NCBI GenBank assembly: GCA_035572475.1
Contig: DATNAP010000045.1
Location: forward strand, 22,399 to 86,398
Length of the DNA: 64,000 nt
Direction: 5' to 3'
DNA from: Conexibacter sp.
Lineage (GTDB): Bacteria > Actinomycetota > Thermoleophilia > Solirubrobacterales > Solirubrobacteraceae
In this document: positions 31,648 through 40,889 of the stretch, in pieces
Position numbering within the stretch: the stretch's first letter is position 1
How the letters are laid out: each line of letters starts with the position of its first letter
Position numbers and translations under genes: made by a program
The notes under the pieces: model-generated
What the model saw: the letters and a program-made list of their open reading frames with translations, nothing else
The model's database searches: none
Told to the model about the DNA's origin: nothing

Positions 31648-34443
31648 CTACTCGACTCTGGCGGCGGGTCTGCGTCTGCGCGGCGCGCGTCTTCTGGTCA
31701 CCGGCGCGTCGTCGGCAGCCATCAGCTCGAGTGCCTGCTGCGCGCCGGCGGCGTCGCCGGCGCCGTTGCCGGCGGGGGCGCGTCTGCGTGCCGTGCCGCG
31801 TCTGCGTGCCGGCTGCTCCGGCGGCGTCTCGGCGTCGTGCGCAAGCGCCTCGGCGACGGCCTCTTCGACGTCTTCGCGTTCCGCGGCCGGCAGCGGCGGC
31901 GCCTCGACCAGATCATGGTCGTCGAGCGCCTCGTCGTACGCCTCCTCGGCGACCTCGGGCGTGGGGCCGTCGTCGTCGTCCAGCTCGTCGTCCAGCTCCA
32001 GCTCGTCCTCCGACAGCGCGCCCCCCGCGACGGCCAGGCCCTCGGTGACGCCCTCCTTCGCGCCCTTGCGGCGGCGGCGCGCGCCACGCCCGCGACGCCC
32101 TCTCGGGAAGTTGCGCAACAGCTCGCGCGCGAGCGCGCTCGGCTTGCGCGCCATCCGCGTACGCGCCCCGCGCAGCGCCTCCTCGGCCTCCGGCGTATGC
32201 GCCAGCGCGGCCGCCAGCAGCGCGGCGCTGAGCCGCCTGTCCTGTCTGCGCGCCGCGTGCACGAGCCGCCGCGCGTTGCGCGCATGCGCGCCGCCGGAGG
32301 AGTTGACGAGCAGGCCGAGCAGCCGCTTGGTCTCCGGCCAGCGCTGCACCGCGTACTCCTCGTGCACCTCACGCGTGTACTCGGCCATCCGCCATATCCA
32401 GGCATTGGCCTGATCCCTACGGCCTATGCGCTTCTCGGCGAGCGCCTGCAGCATGATCTTCACGCCCTCACGCCGCTCGTCGCGCGGCCATACGGCCATG
32501 ATGTCGACCGCCGTGTCGAACGCCTCGGCGTCCCGCGCGGCGGCGATTTCCTGCAACGCCCGCAGGCGCAGCTGCGCGTTGCGGTTGCGCTGCACGGCGG
32601 TGACCAGGAAGCGGCGCTTGAGCTCGCCCTGACGGTCGAAGTGCAGCATCGCCTTCGCGCGCCGCCAGCCGTTTGGCGCCACGCGGGCGCCGGCCAGCGC
32701 CGCCCACACGTGCTGCTCGCCGTAGTCGAGATGCTCGACGGCGATCCGCCACAGCTCGCGCTCGAAGACCTCCGCGCGGCGATCCGGATCGGGCGTCACC
32801 GGCAGCACGCGCCGCTCGACCCGCACGCGCCGGCCACGACCGCGGCGCACCGGGCCGACGACGATCGCGCCGCCGCGGTAGACGTCGCGGTCGAGCAGCG
32901 AGTGCAGCGTCACGACCGGGTCGTCGTGCGTCGTCGCGGGGTGGACGAAGTCCACGACGATGCCCGCCTCCTTGCCCGGATGGCGGCGCGTCACGCGCCC
33001 GACGCGCTGCTGGTAGATGCGCTTCGAGGCGGTCGGCGCGAGGTGCATGCAGACGGTCGCGCGCGGGCTGTTCCAGCCCTCGGCCAGGAGCTGGGCGTTG
33101 ATCAGGACGTCGATGCTGCTTCGCTCGTACTCGGCGAGGATGCGTGCCAGCTCGCGCTTGGGCGTCTCGCCGGAGACCGCCTGGGCTCTCAGGCCCACGT
33201 CGCGGAACGCCTGCGCGACGTTGTACGCGTGCCGGACGCCGGCGGTGTAGACGACGCCGGGCACGCCGTTGAAGCGCGTCTTGTAGAGGTCGGCGATCGC
33301 GAGGTTGAACGGAAGCTGATCCAGCAGCTCGGCCAGCAGGTCCTGGTCGAACTCGGTGTCCACCTCGCCCCGCCGCAGAGGAACCTTCGCGATCGTCCGC
33401 ACCCCCGGCCCCGGCGGTATCCGGATGCACCGCAACGGCGAGATCACGCCGCGCCGCGCCGCCTGCGCGAGATCGAAGCGCGATGTCTGCGTCGGGAACA
33501 GGTCGGTGACGTGGCGGGCGATCAGCGCGCCCGTCGCGGTCATGCCGATGAAGACGGGCCCGTCCCATCGGCGGATCGAGGCGGACGTCTTCTCGCCGAG
33601 CGCGGTGTGCGCCTCGTCGCAGATGACGATCGAGTACGCGTCGGAGACCTGGCCGGCGTTGCGGACGAACCACTGGTAGGTCTCGACCGTGACCGGCCCA
33701 TTGGCGCTGTCCTGCCCGGCGAGCAGCGGAGCGGCGATGCGTCTGCCGTAGCCGCGCTCCCGCAGCTCACCGTGGAACTGGTCGACGAGGTTGCGGCGGT
33801 GGGTGAGGATCAGGATCCCGCCGGTCCGCGAAGCCTCGACGAAGCCGAGCGCGGCGACGGTCTTGCCGGCGCCGGTCGCGTGCTCGAACCAGAAGCGCTT
33901 GGCGGCGTTCGGGTCCTCGGGCTGCTCGGCGAGCTGGACGTCGTCGTCGTCATCGCTCGGCTCGTCCTGCCAGTCCTGCGGCTCCTCGTCCGGTTCGCCC
34001 TCTTCCTCGTCGAACGCCTCCTCGCCGGGGATCGCGGACGAGGCGAGCTCGGCCGGCTCCTCCGTGGGCACGCGCCCGTTCCCGTTGGAGCCGGTGCCGT
34101 TCGCAGACCGGCTCTGCACCTCCGCCATCAGCGCGGTCAGCGTGCCCGACAACGCGTCGACCTGATGCGGGTTGAGCAGCGTGTCGTCGGCGAGCCGCGG
34201 CTCGTCCTCGCTGAGCAGCCGCTCGAGCCCGAGCAGCAGCGAGTACTCCCGCCGCCATGCGACCGACGGGACGCTCAGGCCGGCGTCGAGCTCGGCGAGC
34301 GCGGCGTCGAGCGCGCGCCGGCGAGCGCTGCCGGACGCGAGCGCGTCCTCCGGCAGCTCGCCCTCGTGGACGAAGCGCTCGCGTGTGAAGCGCTCCGCGC
34401 GTCTGAGCGCGCCAGCATCTGGAAGGGGCGTTGGATCAGCCAT
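31648..34443 (-). CDS. SF2 DEAH/ResIII-like helicase with acidic inserts and basic tail
   Basis: HATGAGKT, DEAH, GMTAT, LAEGWNSP, QRVGRVTR; 931 aa. Confidence 0.88.
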   Translation of the reverse strand: MADPTPLPDAGALRRAERFTRERFVHEGELPEDALASGSARRRALDAALAELDAGLSVPSVAWRREYSLLLGLERLLSEDEPRLADDTLLNPHQVDALSGTLTALMAEVQSRSANGTGSNGNGRVPTEEPAELASSAIPGEEAFDEEEGEPDEEPQDWQDEPSDDDDDVQLAEQPEDPNAAKRFWFEHATGAGKTVAALGFVEASRTGGILILTHRRNLVDQFHGELRERGYGRRIAAPLLAGQDSANGPVTVETYQWFVRNAGQVSDAYSIVICDEAHTALGEKTSASIRRWDGPVFIGMTATGALIARHVTDLFPTQTSRFDLAQAARRGVISPLRCIRIPPGPGVRTIAKVPLRRGEVDTEFDQDLLAELLDQLPFNLAIADLYKTRFNGVPGVVYTAGVRHAYNVAQAFRDVGLRAQAVSGETPKRELARILAEYERSSIDVLINAQLLAEGWNSPRATVCMHLAPTASKRIYQQRVGRVTRRHPGKEAGIVVDFVHPATTHDDPVVTLHSLLDRDVYRGGAIVVGPVRRGRGRRVRVERRVLPVTPDPDRRAEVFERELWRIAVEHLDYGEQHVWAALAGARVAPNGWRRAKAMLHFDRQGELKRRFLVTAVQRNRNAQLRLRALQEIAAARDAEAFDTAVDIMAVWPRDERREGVKIMLQALAEKRIGRRDQANAWIWRMAEYTREVHEEYAVQRWPETKRLLGLLVNSSGGAHARNARRLVHAARRQDRRLSAALLAAALAHTPEAEEALRGARTRMARKPSALARELLRNFPRGRRGRGARRRRKGAKEGVTEGLAVAGGALSEDELELDDELDDDDGPTPEVAEEAYDEALDDHDLVEAPPLPAAEREDVEEAVAEALAHDAETPPEQPARRRGTARRRAPAGNGAGDAAGAQQALELMAADDAPVTRRRAPRRRRPAARVE

Positions 34444-34448
34444 AGACG

Positions 34449-34593
34449 GCTAGCAGGGGTTCCCTGTGCGTGGACGTGGCCTCTGCGATGAGGAGCCGCG
34501 GTGCAGCAGTTGAGCGGCTCAGGAGGTCCGGCGCTCGCCGGGCATGGGGAGAACTCTCACCAGCGTTTCCCCGTCCAACACAGGAGGATAGCC
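34449..34593 (-). ncRNA. Candidate structured 5' leader RNA of the helicase gene
   Basis: Outer pairings ggcta/tagcc, cctgtg/cacagg, tggacg/cgtcca enclose three hairpins; ends about 5 nt before ATG. Confidence 0.45.
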
Positions 34594-34645
34594 ACATTGA
34601 ATCAGATAGAACGGGGGAATCGCGCGATCTGCCAAGCTTCGGCTC

Positions 34646-35224
34646 ATGCGCGCCACCTTCGCCGCAGCCCGCGCATGCGCCGTTCTCGCGACTGCTGCCG
34701 TGGCGACGAGCGGGTGCGGATCGCAGGAGCCGCACGTCAGCTCCCCCACACCGGCGCAGGCGCGCACCGAGCTGGCCGGATCGCCGGCCACGCTCGCGGC
34801 GCTGCATCGCCAGGCGTCGGAGCTGCTCGGCGGCGGGCTGTCCGCCTACCGTGCACGCCTGGCGACGCTCACAGGACGGGCGGTCGTCGTGAACGCGTGG
34901 GGATCGTGGTGCCCGCCGTGCCGGCTGGAGATGCCGTACTTCGCGCGCCTGTCGGTGAGGCTCGGCAGACAGGTCGCGTTCCTCGGCGTCAATGTCGAGG
35001 ACCCGACGGACAGAGCGCGTGCGTTCCTGCGCGGTCACTACGTCCCCTACCCCAGCTACGTGGACCAGCACTACGCGATCGCGGACGCGATCGGCGTGCG
35101 CGTCGGCCTGCCGACGACGGTCTTCTACAAGCCCGACGGCAGCGTGGCGTTCGTCCATCAGGGCCAGTACGCGAGCGAGGCCGCGCTCGCCGCGGACATC
35201 AGGCGCTACGCGAGGGCCGCGTGA
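34646..35224 (+). CDS. TlpA/ResA-like thiol-disulfide oxidoreductase lipoprotein
   Basis: Signal peptide with TSGC lipobox, VNAWGSWCPPC, GLPTTVF. Confidence 0.9.
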   Translation: MRATFAAARACAVLATAAVATSGCGSQEPHVSSPTPAQARTELAGSPATLAALHRQASELLGGGLSAYRARLATLTGRAVVVNAWGSWCPPCRLEMPYFARLSVRLGRQVAFLGVNVEDPTDRARAFLRGHYVPYPSYVDQHYAIADAIGVRVGLPTTVFYKPDGSVAFVHQGQYASEAALAADIRRYARAA

Positions 35225-35649
35225 GCGTCGAGATCCGCCGCGCCGGCGGGCCGGCCGAGCTCGACGCGCTGCTGGACCTGCGCCACCGCGTCTTCTGCGT
35301 CGAGCAGGGCGTGCCGAAGCACGAGGAGATCGACGGGCGCGACGGGGACGCGGTCCATCTCGTCGCGGTGCGGGACGGGCGCGTGGTCGGCACCTGCCGG
35401 CTGCTGTTCGTCGACCGCACCGTGCAGCTGAGCCGGCTCGCGGTCGCGGCCGACGTCCGTCGCCAGGGGATCGCGAGCGCGCTGCTGCGCGAGGCCGACC
35501 ACGAGGCCAAGGCCGCCCGCGCGAAGCGGATCGTGCTGCACGCGCAGACGTACGCGCGCGAGCTGTACGCCGCCGACGGCTACGAGGAGCGCGGCCGCAC
35601 GTTCGTCGAGGCGGGCATCGAGCACGTCGCGATGGAGAAGCGCCTGTGA
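35221..35649 (+). CDS. GNAT N-acetyltransferase (ElaA/YjcF-like)
   Basis: [32 protein letters not shown]. Confidence 0.9.
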   Translation: MSVEIRRAGGPAELDALLDLRHRVFCVEQGVPKHEEIDGRDGDAVHLVAVRDGRVVGTCRLLFVDRTVQLSRLAVAADVRRQGIASALLREADHEAKAARAKRIVLHAQTYARELYAADGYEERGRTFVEAGIEHVAMEKRL

Positions 35650-36635
35650 GCGAGGTGCGGGTCGACCCGCTGACCGGGCTGCGGGCGATCGTCGCGGGCG
35701 AGCGGGCCAACCGGCCGAACGCGGGGCTGTCGGCGGATCCAAGCCCGCCGCTCGACCCCGCCGGGGATCCGTTCGCGGAGGGGCACGAGCAGATGACGCC
35801 GCCGGAGGTCTACGCGCTGCGCGAGAACGGAGACGGACCCGCCCGTCCGGACACGCCGGGCTGGAAGGTGCGCGTCGTGCCGAACCTGTACCCCGCGCTG
35901 GGCTCGGGCGGCGAGCCGCCCGAGCCGGACGCGGCGCCCGACCTCTTCACCGCGCTGCCCGCGCACGGGGCGCACGAGGTGATCGTGAACGCGCCGCAGT
36001 CGGTGAGCGCGCTGGCCGAGCTGCCGGCGCCGCAGGTGGGGGTCGCGATGGACGTGTGGCGCGAGCGGATGCGCGCGCATGCCGACGCCGCGTACGTGCA
36101 CGTGCTCGTCAACGAGCGGCGGGAGGCGGGGGCGTCGCTGCCGCACACGCACGCGCAGCTCTACGCGCTCGACTTCGTGCCGGCGGCGGTCGCGCGCGAG
36201 CGGGAGCGCTTCTCCGCCTACGCGACGCGAACGATGGGCGGGAACCTGCTCGCCGACCTCGTGCAGGAGGAGGTGCGCCGGCGAGAGCGGATCGTCGCGA
36301 TCGACGACGAGGCCGTGGCGCTGGCGCCGTACGGGTCGCGGCTGCCCTACCAGCTGATGGTCGCGCCGCGGCGGCCGCGCGCGCGCTTCGAGGACGACGG
36401 CCCGACGGGCGCCGCGCTGCTGCACGACGTGCTCGGGCGGCTGGCGCGGCGTCTGGGCGCCAACCCGCCGCTGAACCTGTGGGTGCGCACCGCGCCGCGC
36501 GGCGCCGACGCGTTCTGCTGGCGGATCGACGTGCTGCCGCGCCTGACGCATCTGGCCGGGCTGGAGCTGGGAACCGGCCTGCACCTCAACATCGTCGCGC
36601 CCGAGCGCGCGGCGGCGGAGCTGCGCGAGGCGTAG
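35646..36635 (+). CDS. GalT-like galactose-1-phosphate uridylyltransferase
   Basis: [40 protein letters not shown]. Confidence 0.85.
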   Translation: MSEVRVDPLTGLRAIVAGERANRPNAGLSADPSPPLDPAGDPFAEGHEQMTPPEVYALRENGDGPARPDTPGWKVRVVPNLYPALGSGGEPPEPDAAPDLFTALPAHGAHEVIVNAPQSVSALAELPAPQVGVAMDVWRERMRAHADAAYVHVLVNERREAGASLPHTHAQLYALDFVPAAVARERERFSAYATRTMGGNLLADLVQEEVRRRERIVAIDDEAVALAPYGSRLPYQLMVAPRRPRARFEDDGPTGAALLHDVLGRLARRLGANPPLNLWVRTAPRGADAFCWRIDVLPRLTHLAGLELGTGLHLNIVAPERAAAELREA

Positions 36636-36640
36636 CCGCC

Positions 36641-37060
36641 GTGCGGGCGCTCGTCCAGCGCGTCGCGCGCGCGAGCGTGCGCGTCGACGGCGAGGTCGTC
36701 GGGGAGATCGGCCCCGGCCTGCTCGTCCTGCTCGGCGTCACGCACGACGACACGCCGGCCGCCGCCGACAAGCTCGCCGCGAAGCTGCGCGCGCTGCGGA
36801 TCTTCCCCGACGCGGACGGCCGCATGAACGAGCCGCTCGGCCCCGACCGCGCGGTCCTCTGCATCAGCCAGTTCACGCTCTACGGCGACGCCCGCAAGGG
36901 CAACCGCCCCAGCTATGTCGCGGCAGCCCCGCCCGGCTTGGCCGAGCCGCTCTACGAACGCGTCTGCGACGCGCTCGACGCCCAACGCGGCGTCTTCGGC
37001 GCGCACATGCAGGTCGAGCTGGTGAACGACGGGCCGGTGACGTTGCTCGTCGAAGTGTGA
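36641..37060 (+). CDS. dtd: D-aminoacyl-tRNA deacylase
   Basis: [28 protein letters not shown]. Confidence 0.96.
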   Translation: MRALVQRVARASVRVDGEVVGEIGPGLLVLLGVTHDDTPAAADKLAAKLRALRIFPDADGRMNEPLGPDRAVLCISQFTLYGDARKGNRPSYVAAAPPGLAEPLYERVCDALDAQRGVFGAHMQVELVNDGPVTLLVEV

Positions 37061-37081
37061 CGGCGAGCGCTCGAAATGCCG

Positions 37082-37153
37082 CCTGGGAAACAGGTTCCAG
37101 TGGGTACGCTGTCTTCGATCAGGCGAGCAAGCGGGATCAGAACATTGCGATGA
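37082..37153 (+). pseudogene. C-terminal remnant of HicA toxin
   Basis: PGKQVPVGTLSSIRRASGIRTLR* matches the HicA C-terminal helix; stop overlaps hicB ATG (ATGA); N-terminal half with catalytic His absent. Confidence 0.6.
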
Positions 37154-37347
37154 CCGAGTACCGCACGATCTACGAGCAGGGCCGCGACGGCTGGTGGGCG
37201 TATGTGCCCGACCTTCCGGGCTGCACCGCCTTCGGCGAGACGCGCGACGCGGCCGAGCGCAACGCGCGCGAGGCGATCGCGGCGCACATCGCGTTGCTGC
37301 GGGAGACAGGCCACCCGGTGCCCGAGCCGAGCCAGACGGCAGCCTGA
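37150..37347 (+). CDS. Short HicB-family antitoxin
   Basis: WWAYVPDLPGC.AFGET...A..NAREAI..HI..LRE.G.PVPEP. Confidence 0.88.
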   Translation: MTEYRTIYEQGRDGWWAYVPDLPGCTAFGETRDAAERNAREAIAAHIALLRETGHPVPEPSQTAA

Positions 37348-37402
37348 CGGCACTGCCTGCGGAGACGGCAGCCGCGGGGTGGGCGATAGTCTCCCGCCCG
37401 CG

Positions 37403-38026
37403 ATGCCGCCGACCGACCGCTTCGTGATCCGCTTCGCCGCGGAGCCGCCGCAGGATGCGCTGCCGTATGGGCGCTGGGCGGGCACGCTGCGCGGGCACTT
37501 CCTCGCCGCCGCCGGCGAGATCGACGCGGACGGCGAGGACCTGGGCGAGGCCGGCGAGATCGCCTGGTTCCCCGATCGCACCTACGCCGGGCGCACGTAC
37601 GTTCCGGCGACCGCGCGCACGACGACCGGCTTCGAGCTGTTCGGCTTCGTCTCGTTCGCCGAGGGCGAGGACGGCGCCCCCGACCACTTCGTCGCGCGCG
37701 CCGACTTCACGAGCGAGACTGCGGACGACAACCCCGACTGGACGATCGACCTCAACGAGGAGGTGATCGGCCGCTGGCGCGGGGAGCAGGGCAGAAGCGC
37801 CGACGTCACGCTCATCTGGGGGACGCCGATGGTCGAGCACGGCGCGCTCGTGACGGCGGAGCTGGCGGACCTCGCGGTCGACCAGTGCGCGCTGGTGGAC
37901 GAGCGCTTCACGCTCGTGGCGCCGGACGCCTATCGCGGCGACTACCTCGACGTGAAGCTGTTCTCGGCGCGCGGGCAGGAGCTCGCGCGCGAGTCGCTCT
38001 ACGTCGAAGACGACGACGAGGACTGA
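37403..38026 (+). CDS. Conserved-looking acidic hypothetical protein
   Basis: 207-aa ORF with strong GC3 bias; TAGTCT box upstream. Confidence 0.7.
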   Translation: MPPTDRFVIRFAAEPPQDALPYGRWAGTLRGHFLAAAGEIDADGEDLGEAGEIAWFPDRTYAGRTYVPATARTTTGFELFGFVSFAEGEDGAPDHFVARADFTSETADDNPDWTIDLNEEVIGRWRGEQGRSADVTLIWGTPMVEHGALVTAELADLAVDQCALVDERFTLVAPDAYRGDYLDVKLFSARGQELARESLYVEDDDED

Positions 38027-38856
38027 GGCGGCTCCGGGGCCGGCCCGCTCGGAGCCGGACCGGGGATGCGCGGCACGGCCGCCAGCAGCTCGCGCGTGTA
38101 GTCGGCTCTCGGCGCCGCGTACAGCTCCTCCACCGGCGCGACCTCGACGAGCCGGCCCTCGCGCATCACCGCGACGCGGTCGCACATATGGCGCACGACG
38201 GCGAGGTCGTGGGCGATCAACACGAGCGTCAGCCCGAGGTCGCGGCGGAGGTCGCGCAGCAGCGTGAGGATCTGCGCCTGGATCGAGACGTCGAGCGCGG
38301 AGACGGGCTCGTCCGCGACCAGCAGCTCCGGCCCGAGCGCGATCGCGCGCGCGATCCCGACGCGCTGGCGCATGCCGCCCGACAGCTCGTGCGGATACCG
38401 GTTCGCCGCCGCCGCGCCCAAGCCGACCTGTTCGAGCAGCTCGGCGACGCGACGCGCGCGCTCCGCGCGCTCGGGCAGCAGCCCGTGAATCGCGAACGGA
38501 TCCGCCACGGCCGCGCCGACCGTCTTGCGCGGATTCAGGGAGCCGGCCGGGTCCTGGAAGACCAGCTGCCGCGCTCGCCGCAGCGCGTGCAGCCGCGCAC
38601 CGCGGACGCGGGTGACGTCCTCGCCCCGCCAGCGCACGACGCCCCCCGTCGGGTCGAGCAGGTTCAACAGGATGCGCGCCAGCGTCGACTTGCCGGAGCC
38701 GGTCTCGCCGACGATCCCGAGCGACTCGCCCTCGTGCACCGCGAGCGTCACGTCGTCGACCGCCGCCACCTCGCCGACGCGCCGGCGCAAGACGACCCCG
38801 CGCGTCAAGGGAAAGCGCTTGACGAGCTGCTCGACCTCCGCGAGCGGCGCGCTCAT
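37999..38856 (-). CDS. Oligopeptide ABC ATPase (OppF/DppF)
   Basis: [26 protein letters not shown]. Confidence 0.92.
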   Translation of the reverse strand: MSAPLAEVEQLVKRFPLTRGVVLRRRVGEVAAVDDVTLAVHEGESLGIVGETGSGKSTLARILLNLLDPTGGVVRWRGEDVTRVRGARLHALRRARQLVFQDPAGSLNPRKTVGAAVADPFAIHGLLPERAERARRVAELLEQVGLGAAAANRYPHELSGGMRQRVGIARAIALGPELLVADEPVSALDVSIQAQILTLLRDLRRDLGLTLVLIAHDLAVVRHMCDRVAVMREGRLVEVAPVEELYAAPRADYTRELLAAVPRIPGPAPSGPAPEPPQSSSSSST

Positions 38857-39881
38857 CGCACCGACTCCGCGGCCAGCCCAGCCCACAGCGCCCGCCGCTC
38901 GGCCTCCGGCAGCAGGCATGCGACGCGATGCTCCGGCGCGCCGTTCACGGGCTGCAACTCCGGGTCGACCTGTCGATGCCGCTCGCGCACGTACGCGCAG
39001 CGCGGGTGGAAGCGGCAGCCGGACGGCGGACCGATCAGCGACGGCGGCTTGCCGGGGATCGGCACGAGCGCGGATCCGGCGGGCGCGTCGAGCCGCGGCA
39101 TCGCGCGCAGCAGTCCCCACGTGTACGGATGCTGCGGCGTGGCGAACAGCTCGGCCGCGGGCGCCTGCTCGACGATCCGGCCGGCGTACATCACGGCGAC
39201 CTCGTCGGCGGTCTCGGCGACGACGCCGAGGTCGTGCGTGATCAGGACCATCGCCATTCCCAGCTCGTCGCGCAGACGGCGCAGCAGCGCGAGGATCTGC
39301 CGCTGGACGGTCACGTCGAGCGCGGTCGTCGGCTCGTCGGCGATCAGCACGCGCGGCTCGTTCGCGATCGCCATCGCGATCAGCGCGCGCTGGCGCATCC
39401 CGCCCGACAGTTCATGCGGGTAGGCGTCGACGCGCCTCCGGGGGTCCTGGATCGCGACCTGGTCGAGCAGCTCGATCGCGCGGGCGCGGGCCGCCGCGCG
39501 CGAGAGGCCCCGTGCGCCCGCGTGCGCCCGCAGCGCCTCGGAGATCTGGTCGCCGACGCGGATCAGCGGGTGCAGCGCCGACAGCGGGTCCTGGAAGACC
39601 ATCGCGATCGTCGCGCCGCGCAGGCCACGCAGGCGCTCCGCGGACGCCTCCAGCACGTCCTCGCCGTCGAGCAGCACGCGCCCCGACGTCCGCACGCGCG
39701 GGCCGCGCACCAGCCCCATCGCGCTCGTCGCGGCGACCGTCTTGCCGGAGCCGGACTCGCCGACGATCCCGAGCGTGCGGCCCGGCGCGACCGCGAACGA
39801 GACGCCGTCGACCGCCTGCACGGTCCCGTCGCGCGTGTCGAACGCGACATGCAGGTCCTCGACGCGCAGGAGCGCGCTCAC
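38853..39881 (-). CDS. Oligopeptide ABC ATPase (OppD/DppD)
   Basis: [33 protein letters not shown]. Confidence 0.93.
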   Translation of the reverse strand: MSALLRVEDLHVAFDTRDGTVQAVDGVSFAVAPGRTLGIVGESGSGKTVAATSAMGLVRGPRVRTSGRVLLDGEDVLEASAERLRGLRGATIAMVFQDPLSALHPLIRVGDQISEALRAHAGARGLSRAAARARAIELLDQVAIQDPRRRVDAYPHELSGGMRQRALIAMAIANEPRVLIADEPTTALDVTVQRQILALLRRLRDELGMAMVLITHDLGVVAETADEVAVMYAGRIVEQAPAAELFATPQHPYTWGLLRAMPRLDAPAGSALVPIPGKPPSLIGPPSGCRFHPRCAYVRERHRQVDPELQPVNGAPEHRVACLLPEAERRALWAGLAAESVR

Positions 39882-40840
39882 GTCTCGCGCACCCGTGGGT
39901 CGAGGTACGCGTAGGCGACGTCCACCAGGATGTTCGCCACGATCACGAAGATCGCCGCCAGCAGCACCGTCCCCTGGATCAGCGGATAGTCGGCGTGCGT
40001 GATCGCGTCGTAGTTGAGGCGGCCGATGCCGGGGATCCCGAACACCGTCTCGGTCAGGACCGCGCCGCCGAGCAGCAGGCCGACGTCGAGCCCGGCGAGC
40101 GTCACCAACGGCGTCACCGCCGCGCGCAGGCCGTGACGCCAGACGACGCGCCGCTCGCTCAACCCGTTGGCCCGAGCCGTGCGCACGTAGTCCTCGGACA
40201 GCACCTCGATCATGTTGCCGCGCAGCAGCCGCGCGTAGACGGCCGCGAACGTGGAGGCGAGCACGAGCCACGGCAGGATCAGCGAGGTGAGCCACTTCCA
40301 CGGGTCGTGCGTGAACGGCACGTAGCTGCCGGCGCCCGGCAGCAGCGGGAGCTTGCCGATGTCGTTCGCGAACAGGTAGAGCGCCACGAGCCCGAGCCAG
40401 TAGACGGGCATCGAGACGCCCAGCAGCGCGCCGCCGGTCGTCAGCTTGTCGACCCACGTGCCGCGCCGCACCGCGGAGACGACGCCGAGCGGGACCGCCG
40501 CGAGCAGCCAGATGACGACCGCACCGAGCGTGAGCGAGATCGTCGCCGGCAGGCGATCGAGCAGCAGCGAGCCGACCGACGCGCCGCTGAAGTAGCTGTA
40601 GCCGAGGTCGGCGTGCAGGACGAGGTGCTTGAGAAAGGTCCAGTACTGCACCGTCAGCGGCTTGTCGAGTCCGAGCGAGACGCGGATCTGGTGCAGCGTC
40701 GCCGGCGACGCGTCGCGCCCGGCCCGCAGCTGCGCCGGGTCGGCCGACGGCAGCACGTAGAAGATCGCGAACGTGAGCAGGCTCACGAGCACGAGCAGCA
40801 CGACGCCCCACAGCACGCGGCGGAGGATGTAGGCGGCCAA
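39878..40840 (-). CDS. Oligopeptide ABC permease (OppB/DppB)
   Basis: LGLDKPL, EDYVRTARANGL, ETVFGIPGIG. Confidence 0.93.
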   Translation of the reverse strand: MAAYILRRVLWGVVLLVLVSLLTFAIFYVLPSADPAQLRAGRDASPATLHQIRVSLGLDKPLTVQYWTFLKHLVLHADLGYSYFSGASVGSLLLDRLPATISLTLGAVVIWLLAAVPLGVVSAVRRGTWVDKLTTGGALLGVSMPVYWLGLVALYLFANDIGKLPLLPGAGSYVPFTHDPWKWLTSLILPWLVLASTFAAVYARLLRGNMIEVLSEDYVRTARANGLSERRVVWRHGLRAAVTPLVTLAGLDVGLLLGGAVLTETVFGIPGIGRLNYDAITHADYPLIQGTVLLAAIFVIVANILVDVAYAYLDPRVRET

Positions 40841-40889
40841 GGTCTCCTCTGATTCGCCCCCGGCCGCCTGCTTCCCTACCGGACCGCCA

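Noticed and set aside
32395-32500. Rare-codon patch (ATA, AGG) inside the SF2 helicase
   Set aside because: Too short to distinguish from noise without ortholog comparison.
37335-37374. agacggcagcc duplication after hicB as an insertion scar
   Set aside because: Both copies are on the same side of the module, so they cannot be a flanking target duplication.
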